Assembly (NCBI GenBank): GCA_965198225.1
Contig: CBDAOY010000005.1
Coordinates: 320,001-384,000, forward strand
Length of the DNA: 64,000 bases
Source: Terriglobia bacterium
GTDB taxonomy: Bacteria; Acidobacteriota; Terriglobia; 20CM-2-55-15
Direction: 5' to 3'
Both the position numbers and the translations under genes were made by a program. How positions within the stretch are numbered: position 1 is the first letter of the stretch; each line of letters begins with the position of its first letter. The notes below the pieces were generated by a model. It was given only the letters and a program-made list of their open reading frames with translations, was not told the DNA's origin and ran no database searches. Shown piece after piece: positions 50,631 to 60,315 of this stretch.

Positions 50631-51596
50631 ATGAATGACCTCTTAGAGCGTTTCTCGAAAGGTGATGTACGAGCGCTGGCAAGGGTCATTACAACAGTCG
50701 AGAACCGCGCTGACGGCAGCCTCGCGCTGTTGCGGAAAATTTTTCCGCAGAGCGGCAGGGCCCGGATCCTCGGCGTAACAGGCAGCCCGGGTTCGGGCAA
50801 GAGCACTCTGGTCGACAAGCTGGCCCTTTCTTACCGTCAGGCGGGCGATCCGGTCGGGATCGTCGCGGTCGATCCAAGCAGCCCGTACACAGGCGGCGCT
50901 ATTCTCGGCGACAGGATCCGGATGCACGCGCTGGAGACAGATCCCGGGGTGTACATCCGCAGCATGGCCACGCGGGGTAACCTGGGCGGATTGGCCGCGG
51001 CGACAACCGATGTTGTGACAGTCCTGGATGCTGCCGGCAAGAATCCCGTGATTGTTGAAACCGTGGGGGTCGGTCAGGACGAAGTCGACATCGTGAGACT
51101 GGCTGATGTGTCGATCGTCGTGCTCGTCCCGGGTATGGGCGACGACATCCAGGCATTGAAGGCGGGAATCATGGAGATCGGCGATATTTTCGTCATCAAC
51201 AAGTGCGACCGGCCGGGCGTAGAGAAGATGGAGCGGGCGATTCAGGCGATGCTGTCGCTGGCGCCACACACGAGGGATTGGGAGCCGCCCATTGTGCGAG
51301 TAACGGCAACGGATGGCGACGGGATCGAGGAGTTGTCGCGCACGATCGCGGATTGCCACCGCGTCTTCGGGAGCCAGCCGATCGAGGCGGAACGTCGACG
51401 CCAGGCCACACGGGACCGGCTGGTCAAGTTGATGCAAGAGAGACTCGTCGGCAGGGTGATGGAGAGGGCGTTCCCCGGGGGTGAGCTCGAGCGAGTCGTC
51501 GATGCCATTTCCAGGCGCGAGATCGATCCATACTCGGTTGTCGAAGAATTGATCGAACGTCTGAGCTTTGAAGGTCTCGAGGGGTCCCAGTCATGA
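50631..51596 (+). CDS. meaB: methylmalonyl-CoA mutase-associated GTPase
   Basis: TGSPGSGKST, VDPSSPYTGGAILGDRIRM, ETVGVGQ, KAGIMEIGD. Confidence 0.95.
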   Translation: MNDLLERFSKGDVRALARVITTVENRADGSLALLRKIFPQSGRARILGVTGSPGSGKSTLVDKLALSYRQAGDPVGIVAVDPSSPYTGGAILGDRIRMHALETDPGVYIRSMATRGNLGGLAAATTDVVTVLDAAGKNPVIVETVGVGQDEVDIVRLADVSIVVLVPGMGDDIQALKAGIMEIGDIFVINKCDRPGVEKMERAIQAMLSLAPHTRDWEPPIVRVTATDGDGIEELSRTIADCHRVFGSQPIEAERRRQATRDRLVKLMQERLVGRVMERAFPGGELERVVDAISRREIDPYSVVEELIERLSFEGLEGSQS

Positions 51597-51991
51597 TCAT
51601 CGAACACATCGGAATCGCGGTCAGGTCGCTCGAAGAGGCGACGAAAACATACGAAGAGTGTCTCGGCTTGGAGCTCGAGGGAGTCGACCACGTGGAAGAC
51701 CAGGGTGTGCGGGTCGCCATGCTTCCGATCGGGGAAAGCCGCATCGAGCTGTTGGAGCCGGTCACAGCGGAGTCGCCGATCGAGAAGTTCCTGGCCAAGC
51801 GCGGCCCCGGAATCCATCACATCGCGGTACGGGTCGACGACATCGAGGAATCTCTCGAAAGGATGAAGGCGGCGGGTGCCCGGTTGATCGATGAATCGCC
51901 GCGCGCCGGCGCCCACAACACGCGGATCGCGTTCGTCCATCCATCGTCCACTCACGGAGTTCTGTTGGAGCTAGTCGAACATGGCAAATGA
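51593..51991 (+). CDS. mce: methylmalonyl-CoA epimerase
   Basis: [32 protein letters not shown]. Confidence 0.93.
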   Translation: MIIEHIGIAVRSLEEATKTYEECLGLELEGVDHVEDQGVRVAMLPIGESRIELLEPVTAESPIEKFLAKRGPGIHHIAVRVDDIEESLERMKAAGARLIDESPRAGAHNTRIAFVHPSSTHGVLLELVEHGK

Positions 51992-52844
51992 TATCAAGAT
52001 CGGAATCATCGGAGGCAGCGGCCTCTATGAAATGGACGGGCTGACCGATGTCCAGGACATGTCTGTCGAAACGCCATTCGGCTCTCCGTCAGACGCCTAC
52101 CGCGTCGGCACCCTGGAGGACCGCCGGGTCGCCTTTCTCGCCCGGCACGGGCGCGGCCACACGATCATGCCTTCAGAACTGAACTTCAGGGCAAACATCT
52201 ACGGCTTCAAGAAACTCGGTGTGGAGCGAATCCTTTCCGCGAGCGCAGTCGGTTCCCTCAAGGAGGAGCATGCCCCCCTGGACATCCTGCTTCCGGACCA
52301 GTTTTTCGACCGGACCCGGACGAGAGTTTCGACTTTCTTCGGTGACGGGCTGGTCGCACACGTCAGCTTCGGAGATCCGATCTGTCCGGATCTGGCCGAC
52401 GTCATCGAGAGCGCGGCCGCAGACGCCGGTATTTCGATCGAGCGCGGAGGGACCTACATCTGTATGGAAGGCCCGCAATTTTCGACCAAGGCGGAATCGA
52501 ACACATACCGCAGCTGGGGCATGGATGTCATCGGCATGACGAACCTGCAGGAAGCCAAGCTCGCCAGAGAGGCTGAAATCTGCTACACGACGATGGCACT
52601 CGTCACCGACTATGACTGCTGGCACCCGGATCACGATTCGGTGACCGTCAGTGAAATCATCGAGAACCTCCAGAAGAACAGCGCCAGCGCGCAAAAGATC
52701 ATCCGTGCCGCCGTCCCCCGTCTGCCCGAGAGTCGGGACTGCGCCTGCAAGGACGCTCTCAAGTACGCTTTGATCACCGATCCAGCGAGAGTACCGGCAG
52801 AGACGCGGAAACGTCTGGACTTGCTGGTGGGGAAGTATTTGTAG
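51981..52844 (+). CDS. mtnP: S-methyl-5'-thioadenosine phosphorylase
   Basis: [34 protein letters not shown]. Confidence 0.95.
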   Translation: MANDIKIGIIGGSGLYEMDGLTDVQDMSVETPFGSPSDAYRVGTLEDRRVAFLARHGRGHTIMPSELNFRANIYGFKKLGVERILSASAVGSLKEEHAPLDILLPDQFFDRTRTRVSTFFGDGLVAHVSFGDPICPDLADVIESAAADAGISIERGGTYICMEGPQFSTKAESNTYRSWGMDVIGMTNLQEAKLAREAEICYTTMALVTDYDCWHPDHDSVTVSEIIENLQKNSASAQKIIRAAVPRLPESRDCACKDALKYALITDPARVPAETRKRLDLLVGKYL

Positions 52845-52907
52845 GTGCGGTCTATGACCGCACATTCTCCGAACCGAGACAACGTGCGCTCATAGAGCGC
52901 ACCTACA
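52840..52907. repeat. GTAG-type REP doublet (family D)
   Basis: GTAGGTGCGGTCTATGACCGCAC ... GTGCGCTCATAGAGCGCACCTAC; contains the mtnP stop. Confidence 0.9.
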
Positions 52908-52926
52908 CTGGCCGTCAGATTCAGAA

Positions 52927-53877
52927 ATGTCCGTCTTCTTCAACGAATCGAGCGAACTCCGATCCGGCTGGAAGTTTGCAATCTATCTCTTGATCTTCGG
53001 CCTCTTTCTGTTCGCCGCAGGCGCCTTGATCTCGGCCCTACTGGATCCTTCTTTGGCCGAGATCGAGGTCGGCTTGCTGGGTCTCAATGCGCTCGCCCTG
53101 CTGATCCCGGCGGTCGGTGCCCTGCTGTTCATGGTTCGATTTGTCGATCGCATCCCGGTTTCCACCTACGGCGTCGCGATGCACGAGAAGTGGGGGCGGG
53201 ATCTCGTGCTGGGTCTGCTGATTGCCCTGGCAATGTTGATGCTTTTCGACCTCGTTGGCGCCGTCGTCGAAAACCTCGGCGTAGAAACCGCTGCACATGG
53301 CGACGGCTTCTGGTTGAACTTCCTGCTGATCCTCGTGATGCTCGGCGTTTCCGCCGCCAACGAAGAACTCGTCTTCAGGGGTTACCCCTTGCAGGTATTG
53401 ATGGCCGGTATCGGCGCGTGGCCGGCGATGATTCTTCTGTCGGGGCTTTTCGGCTTGCTGCACCACTTGAACCCGGGGGCGACGTGGCTGGGGACGACGA
53501 ACACGTTTCTGGCCGGGATGCTCCTGTCGCTGGCGTACCTGCGAACCCGATCGCTCTGGTTTCCGTTCGGCATTCACATCGGCTGGAACGTCGCGATCGG
53601 ACCCATTTCGGGGTATGCCGTCTCGGGCATCCAGATCAGTTCCATCTGGACGACCGAAATGTCGGGCGCGGACTGGTTTACCGGGGGTGTGTACGGACCG
53701 GAAGGAGGCGCCCTCGGCACCGTGGTCATGACCACCGCAATCGGCGCCGTGCTAATGACCCGGAGGGTCGAAATCAGCCCGACCCTCCGCAAACTTCTAC
53801 TGGATCATTCGACAAAGGTGTACACGAAAGACATCGTGGGTTCGTTGACGGACACTTCCGGACCGTCGCAATCATGA
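52927..53877 (+). CDS. CPBP (CAAX/Abi) intramembrane metalloprotease
   Basis: EELVFRGY, FGLLH, HIGWN, GPEGG. Confidence 0.9.
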   Translation: MSVFFNESSELRSGWKFAIYLLIFGLFLFAAGALISALLDPSLAEIEVGLLGLNALALLIPAVGALLFMVRFVDRIPVSTYGVAMHEKWGRDLVLGLLIALAMLMLFDLVGAVVENLGVETAAHGDGFWLNFLLILVMLGVSAANEELVFRGYPLQVLMAGIGAWPAMILLSGLFGLLHHLNPGATWLGTTNTFLAGMLLSLAYLRTRSLWFPFGIHIGWNVAIGPISGYAVSGIQISSIWTTEMSGADWFTGGVYGPEGGALGTVVMTTAIGAVLMTRRVEISPTLRKLLLDHSTKVYTKDIVGSLTDTSGPSQS

Positions 53878-53914
53878 TTGGTAGGCTATCTTCTTACACT
53901 TTTCAAGGAGCGCG

Positions 53915-54829
53915 ATGAAATCCACGATACTGGTTGTCGGTTCTGTGGCGCTGGATTCGGTGAAGACGCCTTTCGGCGAAGTCGACGACGCACTGGGCGG
54001 ATCGGCAACCTATTTTTCTGTGGCCGCCAGCTTCTTCTCCCCGGTCCGCGTCGTCGCGGTCGTCGGAGACGACTTCAGCGAGGACCACTCCGCGATCTTC
54101 AAGCGCCATAACATCGACACCGACGGTCTGGTGCGGGCCGACGGGCTAACCTTCCGATGGAAGGGGGAATACAGCTACGATCTCAACGAGGCACGAACAC
54201 TCGACACACAACTCAACGTCTTCGAGGCGTTCAAGCCCGAGATACCAGCATCCTACAGGGCTTCGGAGTACGTGTTTCTGGGCAACATCGACCCCGAACT
54301 CCAGTGCCAGGTTCTGGAACAAATCGAACACCCGAAACTTGTCGCCTGCGACACGATGAATTTCTGGATTGACGGCAAGCTGGACGAACTGAAGCGTACT
54401 CTCGGCAAGGTCAACATCCTTATCATCAATGACGGGGAGGCCCGTATGCTCGCCGGGGAGTCCAATCTCGTCCGGGCGGCGAGCAAGATCAGGGCAATGG
54501 GCCCGCGAATCCTGATCGTGAAACGCGGGGAGTACGGAGTGCTGATGTTCAGCGAAGGCTCGGTATTCGGGGCACCGGCCTTCCCCCTGGAGGAAGTCTA
54601 CGATCCGACCGGGGCGGGAGATTCGTTCGCCGGGGGGTTCGTAGGCTATCTCGCACAGGCCGGAGAAGTGACCGATGAAGTGTTCCGCCGATCGATCATA
54701 TTCGGCTCGGTCATGGCTTCTTTCAACGTGGAACAGTTCAGTCTCGACGGTCTATCCAAGCTCACGCGCACAGACATCGATTTCCGCTTTAGACAGTTTA
54801 AAAAGCTGACACACTTCGAAACACTTTAG
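53915..54829 (+). CDS. PfkB family kinase
   Basis: GGSATY, DPTGAGDSFAGG. Confidence 0.92.
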   Translation: MKSTILVVGSVALDSVKTPFGEVDDALGGSATYFSVAASFFSPVRVVAVVGDDFSEDHSAIFKRHNIDTDGLVRADGLTFRWKGEYSYDLNEARTLDTQLNVFEAFKPEIPASYRASEYVFLGNIDPELQCQVLEQIEHPKLVACDTMNFWIDGKLDELKRTLGKVNILIINDGEARMLAGESNLVRAASKIRAMGPRILIVKRGEYGVLMFSEGSVFGAPAFPLEEVYDPTGAGDSFAGGFVGYLAQAGEVTDEVFRRSIIFGSVMASFNVEQFSLDGLSKLTRTDIDFRFRQFKKLTHFETL

Positions 54830-54831
54830 CC

Positions 54832-55653
54832 ATGATCCCCTTCATAAAGACAAACGCACTGGGAAACGACTTCATCCTGGTCGCGCACAGCGAGTTGAGC
54901 GGCGACGCTTCAAACCTGGCAACACGGATATGCGATCGCCACTTCGGCGTCGGCGCGGACGGCCTGATCGTATGGAAGCCGGGCGACGAAGGCGCTGATA
55001 TTCGGATCTTCAACATGGACGGCAGCGAAGCGGAGTGCTCCGGGAACGGTTTGCGGTGCGCCGCGGTCTACCTGATGGGCCTGGAACAGTTCGACGACGC
55101 GCAGATCGAGCTCAGGACGGTTTCAGGCAGCTACCCGATTCGACGGGTCGGCACCGCGTTCGAAACGGCCATGGGCGAACCCGGGCTGAAACCGGAGGAG
55201 ATACCGTTCACGGACGCAGATGGGCTCGAACGCATCGTCGACTACGCACTGGACGTCGACGGAAGCCCGGTTCGCATCACCGCGTGCTCGACAGGCAATC
55301 CACACTGTTCCCTGTTTGTCGACTCGATCGAACCCGGCATGATCGAGAGCCTGGGGCCGAAGCTGGAGAATCATCCGGCCTTCCCGAACCGGACGAACGT
55401 GGAGTTCGTGCACCTGAGAAACCGGCATGAAATCGAAGTCGCGTTCTGGGAACGAGGGGTCGGCCTGACGTTCGCATCGGGAACAGGATCTTGCGGTGCG
55501 ACAGTGGCTTCGATCTTGAACGGCAGGACCGAACGGCAGGTCCGGGTTCACACCCGAGCTGGACAGCTCGACGTAGAGTGGGCCAAAGACGGCAAACTGA
55601 AGCTGACGTCGACGGCGGAAGTCGTCGCCGAAGGCCGGTACATGAATTCCTGA
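54832..55653 (+). CDS. dapF: diaminopimelate epimerase
   Basis: GNDF, GVGADG, SGNGLRC, GNPH, TNVEF, ERGVG..SGTG. Confidence 0.9.
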   Translation: MIPFIKTNALGNDFILVAHSELSGDASNLATRICDRHFGVGADGLIVWKPGDEGADIRIFNMDGSEAECSGNGLRCAAVYLMGLEQFDDAQIELRTVSGSYPIRRVGTAFETAMGEPGLKPEEIPFTDADGLERIVDYALDVDGSPVRITACSTGNPHCSLFVDSIEPGMIESLGPKLENHPAFPNRTNVEFVHLRNRHEIEVAFWERGVGLTFASGTGSCGATVASILNGRTERQVRVHTRAGQLDVEWAKDGKLKLTSTAEVVAEGRYMNS

Positions 55654-55664
55654 ACGAACTCGCC

Positions 55665-56627
55665 ATGAACAAGGTACTTGACGCAATCATCATCGGCGCC
55701 GGCCCGACCGGCCTGGCCGCGGGGATCGAGGCAAAGAGATACGGCCTCGATTACCTGATCATCGAAAAAGGCTGTGTCACAAATTCGATTTTTCACTTCC
55801 CGACGCAGATGGTGTTCTTCACGACGCCGGAACTGCTCGAGATCGGGAACATGCCCCTGGTGTGCGAACGCGAGAAGCCGAACCGGAACGAGGCACTCAA
55901 GTACTACCGGAAGGTGGTCGGAGCCACCGATCTCCTGGTTCACCAATACGAGGAGGTGCGAAGCGTAGGGCGTGACGAGGAGACATTTGCCGTTGAAACT
56001 TCGGCCGCGAACTACCAAGCCCGGACGCTCGTCCTCGCGACCGGATACTACGACAACCCGAACCCGCTGGAGATTCCCGGGGAGGACCTCCCTCATGTGT
56101 CGCACTACTACACCGAGGCCCATCCTTTCTTCGATCGGGACGTCGTCGTCATCGGCGGGAAGAACTCGGCAGCCGAGGCCGCACTCGAGCTCTTTCGCAC
56201 CGGTGCCAGAGTCACGCTGATTCACCGGGGAAGCGAATTGGGGGCGTCGATCAAGTATTGGGTCCGGCCGGACATGCAGAATCGGATCGACCGCAAGCAG
56301 ATTCAAGCCTATTTCGACACGACGGTGGAGCAGATCCTGCCGGACCGGGTTCTCGTCCGGAGGAATTCACACACGTTCGAGATCGAAGCGCAGCAGGTCT
56401 TCGCGCTGACCGGCTACCGTCCCTCCACGGAGTTCTTCAAACAACTGGGGGTCCGATTCGACACCGAGATCCTGGAACCCGAGTACGATCCCGACACCTA
56501 CGAAACGAACGTGCCCGGTGTCTTTCTGGCGGGGTCGATAGTGGCGGGAACGAAGAACCGCGAGATATTCATCGAGAACGGGCGCGTCGTCATGAAGACG
56601 ATAGCGGAACGCCTCGGCAAGACATAG
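55665..56627 (+). CDS. YpdA-family (bacillithiol disulfide reductase-like) flavoprotein
   Basis: GAGPTG, FFTTPELLEIG, ATGYYD, GGKNSA, KYWVRPD, IFIENG. Confidence 0.88.
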   Translation: MNKVLDAIIIGAGPTGLAAGIEAKRYGLDYLIIEKGCVTNSIFHFPTQMVFFTTPELLEIGNMPLVCEREKPNRNEALKYYRKVVGATDLLVHQYEEVRSVGRDEETFAVETSAANYQARTLVLATGYYDNPNPLEIPGEDLPHVSHYYTEAHPFFDRDVVVIGGKNSAAEAALELFRTGARVTLIHRGSELGASIKYWVRPDMQNRIDRKQIQAYFDTTVEQILPDRVLVRRNSHTFEIEAQQVFALTGYRPSTEFFKQLGVRFDTEILEPEYDPDTYETNVPGVFLAGSIVAGTKNREIFIENGRVVMKTIAERLGKT

Positions 56628-56710
56628 CTAGCCTGACGAAGCTGTTCGGGCTTACGAAGAACGTCTGAAGACGATTCACAAGAACTGACGAAGCTTTCTT
56701 GTCTTTCGAA

Positions 56711-56783
56711 CTTTTCTGCTCAGCAACCACCCGGGGACAGGGCTAGCCCTGTCCCCCTCACATTCGCTCTCTCACGGAACACC
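56711..56783. repeat. family E unit
   Basis: cttttctgct...cacccggggacagggctagccctgtccccctcacattcgctctctcacgg. Confidence 0.8.
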
Positions 56784-56881
56784 TGGCGGGCCATACAAAA
56801 CTCCGCGTCGGGCCGTCGTTTACAAACCAAAAGGCGGCCGGTTGGCCGCCTTTTCTTCCCGTGCTGGGGTTTCGAGTCAGG

Positions 56882-57274
56882 CTAGTCGCCCGCGACTCCT
56901 TCGTAGGCCTCGACGGCTTCGTCGTACTTATCGTGGAGCTGGATGCCGAAGTATTCTTCGACTTGGGACGTCGGATACATGGCGATAGCATCCCAAGCCA
57001 TTCGCTCGCACACGTTCACACATATCTTGCATCCGATGCACTCGTCGAAGCGGACCTGCACGGGCTCGATGATGACACGCACGTTATCGGAGACGTCGCG
57101 CGGAACATGCTCGATGCAGTCCACCGGGCAGAACGGGATACAGGCTTCACAGCCGGTGCAGTTGTCGGGGTTGACCACTGCAAGGATCTTGGGCTTCTTT
57201 TTCTTCCGGGTGATCTTCCCCGGAGCTTCCGGGATGATTGCAGTCGGATTCGCTTTCTTCTTATTGACGGCCAT
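56882..57274 (-). CDS. 2x[4Fe-4S] ferredoxin
   Basis: CTGCEACIPFCP and CIGCKICVNVC. Confidence 0.9.
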   Translation of the reverse strand: MAVNKKKANPTAIIPEAPGKITRKKKKPKILAVVNPDNCTGCEACIPFCPVDCIEHVPRDVSDNVRVIIEPVQVRFDECIGCKICVNVCERMAWDAIAMYPTSQVEEYFGIQLHDKYDEAVEAYEGVAGD

Positions 57275-58472
57275 CTATCAAGTCCTTCAATCGATTAAGC
57301 CCCATTGTATCTCGAAAACCGACGATGCGCTCGACCGCTTCCCCGATTTGACTATTCGGTGTGGACGCCCCTGACGTCAACCCGATCGTCTGAGGTCCAT
57401 CGGCAAGCCAGTGGCGAGTCGTTGTCTCCTCCATCCGCCCCGTCACCTTGTGCTGAATCTCCTCGACGTCGAGTATCGACCGGGCGTCCTCGATGTGGAA
57501 GACCCGCGTAAACTCCGATGCGATCCGAGCCAGATTGTTGGTGTTTGAACTGTTGTAGCCGCCGATGACGATCATCAGGTCGATCGGTTCTCTGCGGAGC
57601 GCCTTCATCGCGTCCTGCCGATCCTGAGTCGCGCTACAGATCGTGTCGAAGGAAACGTAACGCTGATCCAGCCCCTCCTTCCCATGTTTACGGATCAGCG
57701 CAAGGCGCAACATCTCTGCGATCTCGAGCGATTCGGAACTCAGCATAGTCGTCTGATTGGCCAACCCGACACGCTTCAGGTGATGGTCCGGATCGAACCC
57801 GTCGGATGCAGCCTTCCGAAACTTGTCAAGGAATGCCTTCCGACTGCCGCCTCGCTCGATGTAGTCGCAAACGTCGGCGGCCTCGTCCTTGTTTCGCACG
57901 ATCAGGTAATGGGCACCGGGATGCAGGGAGGTCCTGGAAAACGTCGCACGCGTCTCTTCGTGCTCGAACTTCCCATGGATGATCGACGTGATCCCGTCGG
58001 CCGCGTAACGCTCGACGTTCTTCCAGACGTTGAGAACTGAACCGCAGGTGGTGTCGACGACGACACAGCCCTTTTCGGCCAGCACATCCAACTCGCTGCC
58101 GGGGACTCCGAAGGCGGGCACGATGACGACGTCTTCCGCAGTTACAGGACTGTACTTGTCCGGATCAGTCAGGAACTCGATTCCGGACTCTTTCAGTTCG
58201 TTGTTTACGAAAGGATTGTGGATGATCTCGCCGGTCAGAAAGATGCGGCGGTTGGGAAACTTGGCAACCGTCTCGTAGGCGTATTCGACGGCCCGCTCGA
58301 CGCCGTAACAGAACCCGAATTCGTTCGCCAGCCGGAACGTGAGGTCACCGACCTCGAGCCGGAAACCCTGCGCTCTCATCAGGTCGACGATCTGGCTGCG
58401 GTAGTTTTCCTGGAGTTGAGGACGGACCTGAGAACGTAGTCCAAACCCCTTTTGGAAGTACGTCTGGCCCAT
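57261..58472 (-). CDS. ispH: 4-hydroxy-3-methylbut-2-enyl diphosphate reductase
   Basis: FGFCYGVERA, IIHN, DTTC, NQTT, DTICSATQDRQ, SSNT, SGASTP. Confidence 0.95.
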   Translation of the reverse strand: MGQTYFQKGFGLRSQVRPQLQENYRSQIVDLMRAQGFRLEVGDLTFRLANEFGFCYGVERAVEYAYETVAKFPNRRIFLTGEIIHNPFVNNELKESGIEFLTDPDKYSPVTAEDVVIVPAFGVPGSELDVLAEKGCVVVDTTCGSVLNVWKNVERYAADGITSIIHGKFEHEETRATFSRTSLHPGAHYLIVRNKDEAADVCDYIERGGSRKAFLDKFRKAASDGFDPDHHLKRVGLANQTTMLSSESLEIAEMLRLALIRKHGKEGLDQRYVSFDTICSATQDRQDAMKALRREPIDLMIVIGGYNSSNTNNLARIASEFTRVFHIEDARSILDVEEIQHKVTGRMEETTTRHWLADGPQTIGLTSGASTPNSQIGEAVERIVGFRDTMGLNRLKDLIDGRQ

Positions 58473-58565
58473 AAGTCAACGATTGTAACACACCACTGAT
58501 TGTGCTAATTTCGGGCTTCTCCTGCCTTTGAGGAGCCCCGTTTTTAAGGTTCGAGGGACCCCAGT

Positions 58566-59558
58566 TTGGCGAAGAAACACGCTGCGATCACATCCGTCTC
58601 ACACTTTCTGCCCGAAGGCCGACTCACCAATCAGGACCTGGAAAAGATGGTCGACACGACCGACCAGTGGATCCTGGATCGGACCGGTATCAGCGAACGA
58701 CGAATCGTCGCAAAAGGACAGGCAACCAGCGACCTGGCCGCGGGAGCCGCTCGCCAGATTCTCATGGACCGGGGGATTGGGCCCGAAGAAATCGATCTGA
58801 TCATCGTGGCGACTGTGACGCCGGACATGTTCTTTCCGTCTACAGCCTGCGTCATGCAGGAAAAGATCGGCGCCACAAACGCCTGGGGTTTCGATCTGCT
58901 CGGGGCTTGTTCCGGGTTTCTCTATGCGCTGACCACCGGCGCGCAGTTCATCGCGAACGGAAGCCACGAGAAGGTGCTGATCGTGGGCGCCGACGTCATG
59001 AGTTCGATCATCGACTTCGAGGACCGGGCAACCTGTGTGCTCTTCGGCGACGGGGCGGGTGCGGTACTGCTGGAACCGTCCGATAGCCCCAACGGCGTGC
59101 TCGACTGGATTCTCCGCAGCGACGGCGGCGGCGGACAGTTTCTCTACATGCCCGGCGGGGGGAGCCTGAATCCGTCGACCACCGAAACGGTCGGTAAGAA
59201 AATGCACTATGTCCACCAGAACGGCCGTAACGTGTTCAAGTATGCGGTAAAGGGCATGGTCGAAGTCTCACAGGCAATCCTCGAACGGAACAACCTGAAG
59301 ATGGAAGACCTGAAGCTGTATGTCCCGCACCAGGCCAACCTCCGAATCATCAAGGCCGCCGCGGACAAACTTCAACTGGACGAATCGCAGGTGGCGATCA
59401 ACATCGACCGCTATGCGAACACGACGGCCGGAACCATACCGATCTGTCTGTCCGAAGCCGTTGACGACGGCCTGGTCCTGGACGGCGACATACTCTTGCT
59501 GGCGAGCTTCGGCGCAGGATTTACCTGGGGCAGTTTGCTCCTCCGCTGGGGGGCTTGA
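58566..59558 (+). CDS. fabH: beta-ketoacyl-ACP synthase III
   Basis: [34 protein letters not shown]. Confidence 0.96.
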   Translation: MAKKHAAITSVSHFLPEGRLTNQDLEKMVDTTDQWILDRTGISERRIVAKGQATSDLAAGAARQILMDRGIGPEEIDLIIVATVTPDMFFPSTACVMQEKIGATNAWGFDLLGACSGFLYALTTGAQFIANGSHEKVLIVGADVMSSIIDFEDRATCVLFGDGAGAVLLEPSDSPNGVLDWILRSDGGGGQFLYMPGGGSLNPSTTETVGKKMHYVHQNGRNVFKYAVKGMVEVSQAILERNNLKMEDLKLYVPHQANLRIIKAAADKLQLDESQVAINIDRYANTTAGTIPICLSEAVDDGLVLDGDILLLASFGAGFTWGSLLLRWGA

Positions 59559-59559
59559 T

Positions 59560-59650
59560 AGGCGATCAGCCGTCGGCGATCAGCTGTCAGCTCAATACGA
59601 TGGAACTATCGTTCGTTTCCGAAGGAGCTGACGGTGAGCGCCGAGGGCGC
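59560..59650. repeat. family G heptamer inverted repeat
   Basis: ggcgatcagccgtcggcgatcagctgtcagc ... gctgacggtgagcgccgagggc. Confidence 0.55.
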
Positions 59651-59782
59651 GCCTGATCCCCTCCTTCAGAGAGCACGATCCTCAAGCATGAGGATCAAGC
59701 GCCTAAAGTTATTTCAAAGAAAAACCGAAATAATACTGAATGACGTATTTTTGACAGCCCTGTCAAATCTATTGTTATGTAA

Positions 59783-59916
59783 GGCGGCATTAGAAAACGC
59801 AGCCGAGCTTTGATCTAAAAAGAGATACTTTTCCGATACCGTCCCTGGCTGAGAAAAGCAATCATAGATCGCAAAGCTTGGCACCAAAGCCCTCGCACAG
59901 CGAGGGCTTTTTATTT
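59783..59916 (+). ncRNA. candidate small RNA
   Basis: AT-rich upstream region with TTGACA at 59751, extended stem 59803-59881, intrinsic terminator, no credible ORF. Confidence 0.45.
59886..59916 (+). terminator. intrinsic terminator
   Basis: AAAGCCCTCGC-ACA-GCGAGGGCTTT followed by TTATTT. Confidence 0.85.
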
Positions 59917-60076
59917 GTCCGAGTATCGAACTCCAGGACAAGATACCCGCTCTTTCCCTTCAACTCCGTCAACTCACGGCCTGCTGCTACCGCTATACAG
60001 CCAATTCCTCTGTCAACATATTGTCACTCGGGAGGCACGCGACGGGTGCGGATGAAACCTGCAAATCGAATGGAAT

Positions 60077-60301
60077 CTATACCTTGGACTCTGACAGCCA
60101 GGATCCGAACTGCCAGACATCCTTCAACACCGCCGACAATGGAGGTCGATGGTGGCCATAGGCAGTCTGGAAACGCCATGCCAGGTACTTTCGCGTTGGA
60201 ACGGGCAGGAACGGGAAACGTCGGTACCAATCGCCAGGTACGATCCGGAAGTAGAAGCCAACGAGCGCTCGGGCGATCGTCAAATGCCGCACAAGGCGCA
60301 T
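60077..60301 (-). CDS. small hypothetical protein
   Basis: 74 aa, WYRRFPFLPVPTRKYLAWRFQTAYG; divergent from fxsA. Confidence 0.6.
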   Translation of the reverse strand: MRLVRHLTIARALVGFYFRIVPGDWYRRFPFLPVPTRKYLAWRFQTAYGHHRPPLSAVLKDVWQFGSWLSESKV

Positions 60302-60315
60302 GCTATCATAAACTC

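Noticed and set aside
59860-59885. c-di-GMP-I riboswitch (CGCAAAGC)
   Set aside because: The rest of the aptamer (GGCAAAC, GNRA tetraloop and receptor) is missing.
59878-60315. N-terminal extension of fxsA in the 277-aa ORF
   Set aside because: It starts beside a terminator and is antisense to a more protein-like 74-aa ORF; FxsA homology begins at 60316.
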